A stretch of DNA of 64,000 nt from Clostridia bacterium (GTDB lineage Bacteria > Bacillota > Clostridia > TANB77 > CAG-465), in contig JAZSNU010000011.1 of assembly GCA_045536565.1 (NCBI GenBank), forward strand, positions 49,335-113,334. Reading direction: 5' to 3'. Below the pieces are notes generated by a model that did no database searches, had not been told where the DNA came from, and saw only the letters and a list, made by a program, of their open reading frames with translations. The position numbers and the translations under genes are program-made. Shown piece after piece: positions 47,318 through 57,560 of the stretch. How positions within the stretch are numbered: the first letter of the stretch is position 1; each line of letters starts with the position of its first letter.

Positions 47318-47905
47318 ATGAAAGAAGTAGAAATAACATTAAAAGTAAAGGATAGTTTGGATGAATGTATTAAAAAATTAAAAAATCAAAATTTTAAAGT
47401 TATAAGAAATAGTGTTGTTGATGATTTGTATATGACACAAAATAAAAATATGTTAAATAAAGATAATATTGATGATATATTAAAAACCTGTGTGCTTATT
47501 AGATACCTAAACGCAAACGGTAAAGAATTTAAAAAGATAACATATAAAAATAAAGTATATAATAATGGTAATATAGTTTCTGAGAAAAAAATAAATGTAG
47601 ATTGTTTAGATTTAATAAAGGCAAGGGAATTGTTTGAAGCATTAGGTTTTGAAGAATTAGTTAGAGTAAAATATATAGTAACAGTTCTTTCTGATGGTAA
47701 TAAAGAATTCGCTTTTCAAGAGGTTGAAAATTTAGGCCTTTTAGTAGAATATGAAAGCACTAAAAATATGGATAATTGTACCGATGAAGAAATGCTTAAG
47801 GAAAAAGATAATATGATAGAAGAAATTATAAAAACTGGCATATATGTTGATGAAAAGTCGGATGTAAAGAAAGCATATGAGTTAATAAAAGACAGTATGT
47901 TATAG
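47318..47905 (+). CDS. CYTH-domain protein (CyaB/thiamine-triphosphatase-like)
   Basis: The N-terminus MKEVEITLKVKD matches the CYTH ExExK signature. It is about 195 aa. Confidence 0.5.
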   Translation: MKEVEITLKVKDSLDECIKKLKNQNFKVIRNSVVDDLYMTQNKNMLNKDNIDDILKTCVLIRYLNANGKEFKKITYKNKVYNNGNIVSEKKINVDCLDLIKARELFEALGFEELVRVKYIVTVLSDGNKEFAFQEVENLGLLVEYESTKNMDNCTDEEMLKEKDNMIEEIIKTGIYVDEKSDVKKAYELIKDSML

Positions 47906-48086
47906 TAAAGATAATGCTAATTAAATATTAAAATATATTTACATAACATTTGACATTTTAACATAATAGTAGTATAATTAACTTCCATTAAAAAAAACAT
48001 CTTATACAAATTTGTAAAGGAGGATAGTAAAAAGCAGAGGTGAGTAAGACTCGCTTTAAAATATATAATTATTAAGGAGGAAGATT

Positions 48087-48548
48087 ATGCAATACTTATT
48101 AACACGCGAGGAGTATGAAAGATTAGAAAAAAAAGAAATGGATTTATTAGACGAGAAAACTTCAATTAGAATTAGGTTAAAAGAAATTGCTTTGTCGACA
48201 TCTGAATTTGAGGAAGATCAAGAATATAAATTGTTGATGAAAAAGTTGGATTATATTATTCCTGTAAAACTAAAACAGATTAGAGAAAAAAAGAGACTAG
48301 CAAAAATAATTGAGCAGGATAAAATTGAGTTTGATGGGGAAACCGTTACCATAGGAACAAAGGTATTACTAGATTATGGAGATGAACAGATTGAGTTTTC
48401 ACTCATGGCTATTGATGAAATTGATTCGGATAATGGTATAATTTCATGTAATTCTCCAATTGCGAAAGTAATATTAGGTAGGAAAAAAGGGGATACCGTT
48501 AAGTTCTTAGACGGAACGGTAAAAATAGTTGAGGTTTCTTCTATTTAA
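48087..48548 (+). CDS. GreA/GreB-family transcription elongation factor homologue
   Basis: N-terminal coiled coil (LTREEYERLEKKEMDL...) and a C-terminal FKBP-like domain ISCNSPIAKVILGRKKGDTVKF...VKIVEV. Confidence 0.6.
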   Translation: MQYLLTREEYERLEKKEMDLLDEKTSIRIRLKEIALSTSEFEEDQEYKLLMKKLDYIIPVKLKQIREKKRLAKIIEQDKIEFDGETVTIGTKVLLDYGDEQIEFSLMAIDEIDSDNGIISCNSPIAKVILGRKKGDTVKFLDGTVKIVEVSSI

Positions 48549-48680
48549 TAATTAACATATAGATATACTTTAATTCACAGTAATTAAGGTATATCTTTTT
48601 TTATACAAATATTTAGTATTAGCTAGCTTTTTTTACATAAATATTGTAAAATATATGTATATAAATAAGGAGAGATAAAT

Positions 48681-49997
48681 ATGGCAGATGTAAGAAAAGT
48701 AAAAGCAAGAACATTACCAGGTTTTATGGAGCTTATGCCTGATGAACAAATATTATTTAATAAAATGTATGATAGTATAAGAAAATCATATGAAAAATTT
48801 GGGTTTATTCCACTTGATACACCAATTTTGGAATCATCAGAAGTTCTTCTTGTCAAAGCAGGAGGGGAAACTGAAAAACAAATATATAGATTTACAAAAG
48901 GTGATACAGACATGTCAATGAGATTTGATTTAACTGTACCACTAGCAAAATATGTTGCAATGCATGCAGGTGAACTTACTTTTCCTTTTAGAAGATATCA
49001 GATGAGTAAAGTTTTCAGAGGAGAAAGACCACAAAAAGGAAGATATAGAGAATTTTATCAATGTGATATAGATATAATTGGAGACACAGAGTTAAACATA
49101 TTAAATGATGCTGAGATACCTTCAATAATATATACAACTTTTAAAGATTTAGGATTTGAAAGATTTGTAATAAGAATAAATAATAGAAGAGTATTAAATG
49201 GATTTTTTGCAAGTTTAGAACTTGGAGATAATGTAGCAGATATATTAAGAATAATTGATAAACTTGAAAAAATAGGTGAAGAAGCGGTAGTAGAATGTTT
49301 AAAAGAATTAAATATAGATGAACAAAAAATATTAAGTATAATGTCTTTTATGCAAATAGACGGAACACCTGAGAATGTAATATCATCATTAAGAAAGTTA
49401 AATATATCTAATGAGGATTTTGCACAAGGCGTAGATGAATTAGAACAAGTAGCAGCAGGCGTTGTTGCATTTGGAATACCAGAAAGTAACTTTAAAATAG
49501 ATCTAAAAATAGCAAGAGGATTAGATTATTATACTGGCACAGTATATGAAACTATGCTTACAGATTACCCAGGACTTGGAAGTGTATGCTCTGGTGGTAG
49601 ATACGATAACTTAGCAGAATATTATACAAATAAAAAACTACCAGGTGTTGGAATATCAATTGGGCTTTCTAGACTATATGCATATTTGACAAGTGAAAAA
49701 GTAATTGCACCAGAAGAAGGAAGTACTGCAAAAGTATTAGTTGTTCCTATGGTAGAAGATATGTCAGAAGTATTTAAAATAGCAAATGAAATAAGAAAGA
49801 AAGATATTAATACTGAGGTTTGCTATAATAGAAAAAATATGAAGAGCATGTTAAATTATGCTAATAAGCTAAAAATACCTTATGTTGTATTTGTAGGTGA
49901 AGATGAAATAACTAACAATGTATTAACACTTAAAAATATGAATACAGGAAATCAAGAACAAATAAAAATATATGAAATACAAAAATATATAATATAA
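48681..49997 (+). CDS. hisS: Histidyl-tRNA synthetase
   Basis: Class II motif 2 FRGERPQKGRYREFYQCD (compare FRYERPQ.GRYRQF.Q), motif 3 GGRYDNL, and a C-terminal anticodon-binding domain. 438 aa. Confidence 0.8.
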   Translation: MADVRKVKARTLPGFMELMPDEQILFNKMYDSIRKSYEKFGFIPLDTPILESSEVLLVKAGGETEKQIYRFTKGDTDMSMRFDLTVPLAKYVAMHAGELTFPFRRYQMSKVFRGERPQKGRYREFYQCDIDIIGDTELNILNDAEIPSIIYTTFKDLGFERFVIRINNRRVLNGFFASLELGDNVADILRIIDKLEKIGEEAVVECLKELNIDEQKILSIMSFMQIDGTPENVISSLRKLNISNEDFAQGVDELEQVAAGVVAFGIPESNFKIDLKIARGLDYYTGTVYETMLTDYPGLGSVCSGGRYDNLAEYYTNKKLPGVGISIGLSRLYAYLTSEKVIAPEEGSTAKVLVVPMVEDMSEVFKIANEIRKKDINTEVCYNRKNMKSMLNYANKLKIPYVVFVGEDEITNNVLTLKNMNTGNQEQIKIYEIQKYII

Positions 49998-50004
49998 TAG
50001 TAAA

Positions 50005-50033
50005 AGAGCCAGACAGTTAGTCTGGTTCTTTTG
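50005..50033. terminator. Bidirectional terminator between hisS and the convergent small gene
   Basis: agagccagac agtt agtctggttct followed by tttg. Confidence 0.6.
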
Positions 50034-50040
50034 TCATTGT

Positions 50041-50325
50041 TTAGTCAAGTGATACTTTTGATAGAACATCTGATAGTAATTGACTTTCGTTTAATATTTC
50101 CCAGTAGCCATTTACCTTAGTAACATTTATTTGGTTTGGAAACGCATAGCATATTTTGTCTAATATTTTCCGTGAAAGATTAGATATCCCTAATGTTTCA
50201 CATAGTGAATCGTGTACATCAATTTTAACAGAAGTGTTTATATCCATGATATTAAGTTTTAATGTACATCTACCATCAATGCTTTTTAAGTATTTAACAG
50301 TTGCTTTGTAAATATCTGATCTCAT
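50041..50325 (-). CDS. Hypothetical protein (94 aa)
   Basis: RBS AGGAGGAATTTC is upstream on the minus strand. No motif recognised. Confidence 0.4.
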   Translation of the reverse strand: MRSDIYKATVKYLKSIDGRCTLKLNIMDINTSVKIDVHDSLCETLGISNLSRKILDKICYAFPNQINVTKVNGYWEILNESQLLSDVLSKVSLD

Positions 50326-50528
50326 TTGAAATTCCTCCTTATACTAATATATATTAATAATTTGTATGATAAAATAATTTGTAGGTATATTATAGCATAA
50401 AATATATAATATTCAATATAACTAAATTAGTATTTACATATATATTAGTGTAAAGTAAGGTTTTAGGACTTGTAATTAATATGGTTTTGTATTAAAATAT
50501 TATATGTTAAAAAGGAGAGCGAGTATAA

Positions 50529-51917
50529 ATGAAAGAAGTAACAATGCAAGATTTAGTAGCACTATGTAAAAATAGAGGATATATATTCCCAGGTTCAGAA
50601 ATATATGGAGGATTATCTAATACTTGGGATTATGGACCACTAGGAGTAGAATTTAAAAATAATATAAAAAGAGCTTGGTGGAAAAAGTTTGTAGATGAAT
50701 CAAGACACAATGTAGGACTTGATGCAGCTATTCTTATGAATCCACAAACTTGGGTAGCATCAGGACACGTAGGAGGATTCTCTGATCCACTTATGGATTG
50801 TAAAGCATGTAAAACAAGACATAGAGCAGACAAATTAATTGAAGATTATTTACAAGAAAAAGGTACACCAGAGGTTGTTGATGGTTGGTCAGATGAACAA
50901 ATGGTGAACTTCATAAAAGAAAATGGTGTAGTTTGTCCAGATTGCGGAAAACAAGATTTTACAGATATTAGAAAATTTAATCTAATGTTTAAAACATTCC
51001 AAGGAGTAACAGAAGATTCAAAATCTGAAATATATTTAAGACCAGAAACAGCACAAGGTATATTTGTTAACTACAAAAATGTATTAAGAACTACAAGAAG
51101 TAAAATGCCTATGGGTATAGCTCAAATAGGTAAATCATTCAGAAATGAGATAACACCTGGTAACTTTATATTCCGTGTTCGTGAATTTGAACAAATGGAA
51201 CTTGAATTTTTCTGTGAACCAGGAACAGATATAGAATGGTTTAATCATTGGAAAGAATATTGTAAAAACTTCTTAGTAAGTTTAGGTATGGATGAAGAAA
51301 AACTAAGAATGAGAGATCATTCACCAGAAGAACTTTCTTTTTACAGTAAATGTACAACTGATATAGAATTTAAATTCCCATTTGGCTTTGGTGAATTATG
51401 GGGAATCGCGGATAGAACAGATTATGATTTAAGTCAACATATGAAACATTCAGGAGAAGATTTTACATACACAGATCCAATGGATCCTTCTAAAAAATAT
51501 ATACCATACTGTATAGAGCCTTCTGTTGGTGTTGAAAGACTTGTTTTAGCGTTCTTATCTAGTGCATATAAAGAAGAGGAAGTATCAGAAGGAGATACAA
51601 GGGTTGTATTAAAATTACATCCTTTCTTAGCACCAATAAAAGTAGCAGTACTTCCACTTTCTAAAAAATTATCTGATAAGGCAAACGAAGTTTATGAAAA
51701 ACTAGTTAAAAAATATAGATGTGAATATGATGAAGCTGGAAGCATCGGTAAAAGATATAGAAGACAAGATGAAATAGGAACACCATATTGTGTAACAGTA
51801 GATTTTGATACACTAGAAGATGAATGTGTAACAGTAAGAGATAGAGATACAATGGAGCAAGTTAGAATTAAAATTGATGAACTTGAAAAATTCATTGATG
51901 ATAAAATACAGTTCTAA
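50529..51917 (+). CDS. glyQS: Glycyl-tRNA synthetase (dimeric alpha2 GlyQS type)
   Basis: 462 aa. The N-terminus ...[28 protein letters not shown] is characteristic of GlyQS. Class II motifs are present, and the C-terminus is an anticodon-binding domain. Confidence 0.85.
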   Translation: MKEVTMQDLVALCKNRGYIFPGSEIYGGLSNTWDYGPLGVEFKNNIKRAWWKKFVDESRHNVGLDAAILMNPQTWVASGHVGGFSDPLMDCKACKTRHRADKLIEDYLQEKGTPEVVDGWSDEQMVNFIKENGVVCPDCGKQDFTDIRKFNLMFKTFQGVTEDSKSEIYLRPETAQGIFVNYKNVLRTTRSKMPMGIAQIGKSFRNEITPGNFIFRVREFEQMELEFFCEPGTDIEWFNHWKEYCKNFLVSLGMDEEKLRMRDHSPEELSFYSKCTTDIEFKFPFGFGELWGIADRTDYDLSQHMKHSGEDFTYTDPMDPSKKYIPYCIEPSVGVERLVLAFLSSAYKEEEVSEGDTRVVLKLHPFLAPIKVAVLPLSKKLSDKANEVYEKLVKKYRCEYDEAGSIGKRYRRQDEIGTPYCVTVDFDTLEDECVTVRDRDTMEQVRIKIDELEKFIDDKIQF

Positions 51918-52011
51918 TTTATAAAGTATATTTAATAAAAGGATATATGTCATTTATGTGTGGCATATATCCTTTTGCTTTGTCGGAAATAATAGACCAG
52001 GGGCGTTGTAA

Positions 52012-52040
52012 TTGACATAATAATCAAAATGTGTTACAAT
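52012..52040 (+). promoter_or_regulatory. SigA-type promoter (extended -10)
   Basis: TTGACA at 52012-17, 17-nt spacer, tgt TACAAT at 52032-40. Confidence 0.5.
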
Positions 52041-52091
52041 AAGAGAGTAAATATTATAAAAACTAATCAAATTTGAAAGGTGGAAAATAAG

Positions 52092-52814
52092 ATGGATAAT
52101 AAAAAAAATATGACGGAAATGGATGTTGCAAAAAGAGAATACAATCTGGTTAAATGGTTTATGTGTAGTGGTATGAAAAATTGTATTACGGATAGATGGT
52201 GCGATGAGATAGATAAAATACTTATAGATACAGATTACCAAAAAAGAGCTATAAAGCTTGTAACAAATGATATAGGAATAACAACCCTAGCTGGAATTAT
52301 AACTCCTAGTATTTTAATTACAAATTCGCATGTTGTGGATTCAGAAATATTAGACGAGCTTTTGAACAATATAATGTTAGGGTATATTGACGAAGAAAAG
52401 AGCGAGCGAATTTTAAATTTTGTGGATTTATTTGGTCTTTCATATCTAGAACAGATACTTATGTATGATGATATTAAGCTGAAAAGAGAGTATCAAAAAA
52501 TAATATCTGATGAAGTTATATCCAAATATAAGAGTGGTATTGACCTTGATCTACTAAAACTTTTCTTTATGTGTTATTCGATAGATAATGAATATAAAGA
52601 AAAAGTAGTAGAAATTATGTTAGAAGATGATTTGTATATGTTACAAGAAAGTCTTGAAAATGATACTATAAATGCATTATCTTATGTTATAAAAGAAACA
52701 AATGATGTAGTTGGTATTATTGATGAAGAAGATGAATGTGACGAGCTAGAAGAAGAAAAAATCTCTGTATTTGAAGATGTTATGAAACTCATTGATAAAA
52801 GATTAAACTCATAG
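52092..52814 (+). CDS. Hypothetical acidic protein (240 aa)
   Basis: I set the start at the ATG at 52092, preceded by GGTGG. The C-terminus is rich in D/E. No motif recognised. Confidence 0.45.
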   Translation: MDNKKNMTEMDVAKREYNLVKWFMCSGMKNCITDRWCDEIDKILIDTDYQKRAIKLVTNDIGITTLAGIITPSILITNSHVVDSEILDELLNNIMLGYIDEEKSERILNFVDLFGLSYLEQILMYDDIKLKREYQKIISDEVISKYKSGIDLDLLKLFFMCYSIDNEYKEKVVEIMLEDDLYMLQESLENDTINALSYVIKETNDVVGIIDEEDECDELEEEKISVFEDVMKLIDKRLNS

Positions 52815-52915
52815 TTTATTTTAGTGTTCTAAATTTAATTATTTAGAACACTTTTTCTATTTAAAAAATATAAATTATAGTGTATAATATGTATATATAA
52901 ATATGGAGGCAAGTT

Positions 52916-53833
52916 ATGTATAAAACAGGATATGTAGGAATAGTTGGTAAGCCAAATGCCGGTAAATCTAGTTTAGTAAATAAAATGGTAGGATTTAAGG
53001 TTGCAATAACAACACCTAAACCACAAACAACTAGATTTAATATTAGAGGAATAAGAACAAGTGAAACTTCTCAAATTATATTTATAGATACACCAGGTGT
53101 TCATACGCCTAAACATAAATTGGGTGAATATATGATGAAAGGTGTTAGCATGGCAGTATTAGATACTGATTGTATTATATATCTAGTAGATGCTACAAAA
53201 CCGGTACTAGACGAAGCGAATAAAAAGATAATGAATGATATTGTTAAGGCTAAGAAAAAAATAATATTAGTAATTAACAAGATAGATAGTATAAAAAAAG
53301 AGAATATATTAAGAATTATAGAAGAGTACAATAAGTATATAACAAGTATAGATGGTAAGTTCATAGATATAATTCCAATTTCTGTGTATAAAAATGATGG
53401 ACTAGACATTTTGGTAGAAGCAATAGAAAAAATATTACCAGAAGGTGAAGCTATATTTGAAGAAGATGAAATAACAGATATTTCCGAAAGAGATATAGCA
53501 GAAGAAATTATTAGAGAAAAAGCATTATCGTATTTAGATGAAGAAATACCACATGGAATTAATGTTAAAATAGAAAAAATGAAATTAAGAACAACTGAAA
53601 ATGGTAATGAAGTTTATGATATTGATGCTGAAATAATATGTAAAAAGGATTCACATAAACCAATTATAATAGGTAGAAATGGGGATATGCTTAAAAAGAT
53701 ACAAAGTAATTCTAGAAAAGAAATAGCTGCCATGACAAATACGAGAGTTAATCTTAAAATTTGGGTGAAAGTTAGGAAAGATTGGGAAAATGTTGATAAC
53801 TTCTTGGGAAATATAAAGGACAAGATTCGCTAA
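52916..53833 (+). CDS. era: GTPase Era
   Basis: P-loop GKPNAGKSS, DTPG, NKID, and a C-terminal KH domain (VNLKIWVKV). Confidence 0.85.
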   Translation: MYKTGYVGIVGKPNAGKSSLVNKMVGFKVAITTPKPQTTRFNIRGIRTSETSQIIFIDTPGVHTPKHKLGEYMMKGVSMAVLDTDCIIYLVDATKPVLDEANKKIMNDIVKAKKKIILVINKIDSIKKENILRIIEEYNKYITSIDGKFIDIIPISVYKNDGLDILVEAIEKILPEGEAIFEEDEITDISERDIAEEIIREKALSYLDEEIPHGINVKIEKMKLRTTENGNEVYDIDAEIICKKDSHKPIIIGRNGDMLKKIQSNSRKEIAAMTNTRVNLKIWVKVRKDWENVDNFLGNIKDKIR

Positions 53834-54038
53834 AATTAGGTATAATAAGACAAGATAAACTGTATAGAATGTAAAAAAACACATACAATATTACTAGGTG
53901 ATATGTGTATGAGTGAAGATATTGCTTGGGAAGAATTTGAAAAAACAGGAAAAATAGAAAGCTATTTAAAATATGCAAAAATAAGAAGTATAAATAATAG
54001 ATTTAAAGAAGAAATAGGTATTATTAAAGGAGATATTA

Positions 54039-54788
54039 GTGAGGTTAATAAAGGTAAAAGGGATAGTAATTAAAGAAGTTCAATATAAAGAAAATGATAA
54101 AATAATCACTATTATGACAGATAAATTAGGTAAGATTTCTTGTATGGCAAAAGGGGCAAAAAAGAATAATAGTCCCCTTTTGTCTTCCTCTCAATTTTTA
54201 GTGTATAGTGAATTTTTGTTGTATAAAGGGACAAACTTTTATCATATAAATTCTGCTGAAATGATAGAATCTTTTTATGATTTAAGGATAGATTATGATA
54301 AACTGGAAAAGGCATTTGATGTAGCAAAACTTCTTAATAAACTCGCATATGAAGAGGATGAAGAAACAGGAATATTATCTTTGTTTCTTAACACGCTGTA
54401 TATTATAGCAAATAAGGACAAGCAATTTGATTTAGTTAGAAATACATTTTTATTAAAACTACTTTGTCTTTTAGGTTATACACCTCATTTATATAAATGT
54501 TCAAAATGTAATGAGAAAATGTTTGGGGATAACAATAGCGAACAGACAAAATACTATTACGATAGAACAACAAATTCTGCTGTTTGTGATACTTGTTATA
54601 ACAATATAATAGGAAATGATAAAATGGAAATAAGAAAGTATAAAGAAATATCAGAAGGAGCACTATATGCAATGCTTTATGTTATTTCTAGTGAAATAAA
54701 AAAAGTGTTTAGTTTTGATATAAAGGGAAAAACATTAAATGAGTTTTCTGACTTTGTAAATGAATATTATTTATCACAAATAATGTAA
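54039..54788 (+). CDS. recO: DNA repair protein RecO
   Basis: The GTG start is preceded by AGGAG. An N-terminal OB-fold (GIVIKEVQYKENDKIITIMT) and a C-terminal Cys4 zinc motif (CSKC...CDTC) are present. It keeps the era-recO order. Confidence 0.75.
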   Translation: MRLIKVKGIVIKEVQYKENDKIITIMTDKLGKISCMAKGAKKNNSPLLSSSQFLVYSEFLLYKGTNFYHINSAEMIESFYDLRIDYDKLEKAFDVAKLLNKLAYEEDEETGILSLFLNTLYIIANKDKQFDLVRNTFLLKLLCLLGYTPHLYKCSKCNEKMFGDNNSEQTKYYYDRTTNSAVCDTCYNNIIGNDKMEIRKYKEISEGALYAMLYVISSEIKKVFSFDIKGKTLNEFSDFVNEYYLSQIM

Positions 54789-54888
54789 AATGTTTGTGCA
54801 TAGGTGTAATTTTGAAAGAGATTATATAATGAGAAAATTTCAAAGCGTAATTTTTGCACTTTGAAAAAAGTATAGATAAGAGAAATAG

Positions 54889-54917
54889 TTGACAAATATT
54901 TTTAAATATGTTATTAT
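54889..54917 (+). promoter_or_regulatory. SigA-type promoter in the recO-downstream intergenic region
   Basis: TTGACA at 54889-94, 17-nt spacer, TATTAT at 54912-17. Confidence 0.45.
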
Positions 54918-54959
54918 GAATATATAATATAAATATTACATAAAATATTAGGGAACATT

Positions 54960-55175
54960 CAGTTTGGTTCGTTGAATGTCTACCTTGTGAAAGTTATTTT
55001 AAGTCACTTATTCATTACGAATGAGTGTCATTTTTTTATTTCTACTACTAACAAAGTTAGGAGAGATAATATGATGCAAAGATAGCGTAGAAATTTAAGT
55101 ATAAATAATCTCTTTTGCATTTATCAAACCTCCTTTCTATTTCAAGAATGGAGGTAGACACTCAACAACTGATAT
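54960..55175 (+). ncRNA. Candidate structured non-coding RNA of unknown class, with its ends joined by a long closing helix
   Basis: The 5' segment ugaaugucuacc (54972-84) can pair 11/12 with ggtagacactca (55153-65) about 170 nt downstream. In between lie a hairpin plus U-run (55003-55040) and a second hairpin cctcc..ggagg. The region has no ORF and is preceded by a promoter. Confidence 0.35.
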
Positions 55176-55705
55176 TCCCTAAGTGTATTATATAACGCTG
55201 ATAGCGTTTTTGCAATAATAAATATAAAATTTATATAATTTGTTAAAAACTAAGTGTTAGCAGTTTGAAAAGGAAAAACTCAACTGGGTAAGTGCGATTT
55301 TGGAAAACAATACAACTGGTAACAATTTGCTACTAGTTGTATATAATTTTACTAATTTTTAGGTAATTTTTTGTTGTTATCTAAATATTTATCCATTAGC
55401 CCTAAAAGATCATTCATATAAAAGAATTTGTTTTTAGCATTAATCATATCATTTTTTATTAAGTTTTGTTTTTTTAGATTCTATAGATTTTCTGCTTTGA
55501 GGTCTCATTCGCGCTAACATCTGATTATATTGAGATACAACCATTTTCAATCCTTTTTAGTAAGCTTTACTTTAACACAGTTGTTGATGTTAAATATTTT
55601 TTTCTTTCATTAACTGAAAAATATATTATGAATTATTAGTAAAATATGTTGATATTTTGTATAATTTGGTATATATAATAAATATTAATAGTAGGAGTTG
55701 ATTAT

Positions 55706-56242
55706 ATGGAAAATTTATTTAAAAAAATGATGTTACCCTCAATAATTTCATCAATTGTTTTTATGATTTCAGGTATTGTAATATTTATGAATCCAGAGGA
55801 AACTCTTAAAATAATAGCACAAATAATTGGTTGGATGACAGTAGGGTTTGGGGTAATAGGAATATTTCAATATATACAAAATAAAGAGGAAGCCTCATTT
55901 AAACTTAATTTGCTATACATTATAACTACTATAATATTAGGAGCAATAATTATATATAATTATAAGTTTGTAAGTTCTATAATACCGGTTGTTTTAGGTA
56001 TATGGATTTGTTTTGATAGCTTTATAAAACTAAGACTAGCAATAGGTATAAAAAATATGGGAATAGATAATTGGAAATATCCTTGTGTTATGAGTATATT
56101 ATCATTAATAATCGGAGTTTTCTTGCTATTTAATCCTTTTGGTGGTGCTGTTATAATGATGAAAATAGCAGCAGCGTGTATAGTAATATATTCAGTATTT
56201 GATATTATACAAGACTATACAATCTTCAAGTATTTGAAATAA
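55706..56242 (+). CDS. HdeD/DUF308-like small multi-TM membrane protein
   Basis: 178 aa with 5-6 TM helices in a repeated pattern. RBS AGGAG is upstream. Confidence 0.45.
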   Translation: MENLFKKMMLPSIISSIVFMISGIVIFMNPEETLKIIAQIIGWMTVGFGVIGIFQYIQNKEEASFKLNLLYIITTIILGAIIIYNYKFVSSIIPVVLGIWICFDSFIKLRLAIGIKNMGIDNWKYPCVMSILSLIIGVFLLFNPFGGAVIMMKIAAACIVIYSVFDIIQDYTIFKYLK

Positions 56243-56402
56243 ATATAAAAGTTAGTTTATATTATATAAATAATATAGATTAACTTTTTTGTATAATATA
56301 TATTTAAAATTTAAATTTCTCTAAAAAAACAATAAATTTAATTGCTATTGAATTGGTAATGAAGTATAATGAATAATATAGATAGCAAAGGGGTGAGCAT
56401 GA

Positions 56403-57497
56403 GTGTATAGCATGGGTCTAGGTCAAGAAGAAGTAGTAAGTAGAAAAGAATATTTAAAGAAGAAAAAAAGACAAAAAAGAAAGACTATATTTGATAAAAT
56501 GGGCAAAAGAACTTGGCTTATGCTTGCATTTATACTTGCTATTTCTTGTTATGTTATATATCAATTTGGTATATATAACAAAAAACATAGATTAGTTCAA
56601 ACCCTTCCAGATGAAATATCTAGTATGAAAGAATATAAAATATATTATGTTAGTGAGTCTTATACATATGATGGTAAAAATCAATTAAAAAGTATGTCTA
56701 CAACCTCTAATGAAAAAGAAACAATAGATGAAGGACTTGGTATTACTCAAATTACAATAAAAGATAACCATATATATGGAATTATAGATGGAAGTTTAGT
56801 AAAAATAATAAAAGATGGCAGAAAGAATAAAGTAGAAAAATTAGTAGAAAATAATGTAAAAGGCTATTGTATATATGGTGAAAATGTATATGCATATATG
56901 GAGGGCGAAGGTGTCGAAACTGGTATATATAAACTAGGTAAAAAGAATAAAACGGAAAAAATAATATCAGTATATGTAAATCAATTACTAATAGATAAGA
57001 ATAATATATATGTAGTAAATGGTGATAAAAATATAATTAAATATGATAAAGATGGAAAAAATGAAACGATAGTTGTAAATAATGGTTCTGCTGTGGGAGT
57101 GATACAGGATTTAGATAATATATATTTTGTAAATGCTGCTGATAATAACAAGTTGTATAGAGTAGTTAAAGAAACAGGAGAAATATCTCATGTAACTAAT
57201 GAAGGAACAACTTGTGGATGGTATACAGGTATGAATGGATATGCATTTATGGGAGTATATGATAATACTTTGTATTACATTAATACAAAAGATGGTAATA
57301 AATTATATAAAACTGTTGTAGGAAGCAGTGAAGATATAAAAATATTAGAAGATAATATTCAGATATTAGATGTTATTAACAGCACTATTTTCTATAAAGT
57401 AGTAGGCGATATAGGGGTATATAGATATGATACTGTAAATGAAATTTCATCACAAGTAACAAGTGCAAGAGTTGTTGAATTTGCAGCAGAAGAATAA
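56403..57497 (+). CDS. Membrane-anchored protein with repeated Y-x-x-N/D-G-N-K-L-Y beta-propeller-like repeats (DUF5050-like)
   Basis: GTG start (ATG alternative at 56412), one TM, then repeats NIYVVNGDKNIIKY / NIYFVNAADNNKLYRV / NTLYYINTKDGNKLYKT. Confidence 0.5.
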   Translation: MYSMGLGQEEVVSRKEYLKKKKRQKRKTIFDKMGKRTWLMLAFILAISCYVIYQFGIYNKKHRLVQTLPDEISSMKEYKIYYVSESYTYDGKNQLKSMSTTSNEKETIDEGLGITQITIKDNHIYGIIDGSLVKIIKDGRKNKVEKLVENNVKGYCIYGENVYAYMEGEGVETGIYKLGKKNKTEKIISVYVNQLLIDKNNIYVVNGDKNIIKYDKDGKNETIVVNNGSAVGVIQDLDNIYFVNAADNNKLYRVVKETGEISHVTNEGTTCGWYTGMNGYAFMGVYDNTLYYINTKDGNKLYKTVVGSSEDIKILEDNIQILDVINSTIFYKVVGDIGVYRYDTVNEISSQVTSARVVEFAAEE

Positions 57498-57560
57498 AAA
57501 ATACAATGAATTAAGAATAGATTAAATATAAATTCTCATAATATTACAGATGGTGATGTT

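Noticed and set aside
50630-54672. Assorted short antisense ORFs in glyQS, era, the acidic protein and recO (50630-50833, 51692-51895, 51954-52241, 53101-53409, 53614-53978, 54112-54327, 54436-54672)
   Set aside because: All overlap better-supported genes on the opposite strand.
56398-56409. ATG at 56398 as the start of the beta-propeller repeat gene
   Set aside because: It reads M-S-V-stop. The gene must start at GTG 56403 or ATG 56412.
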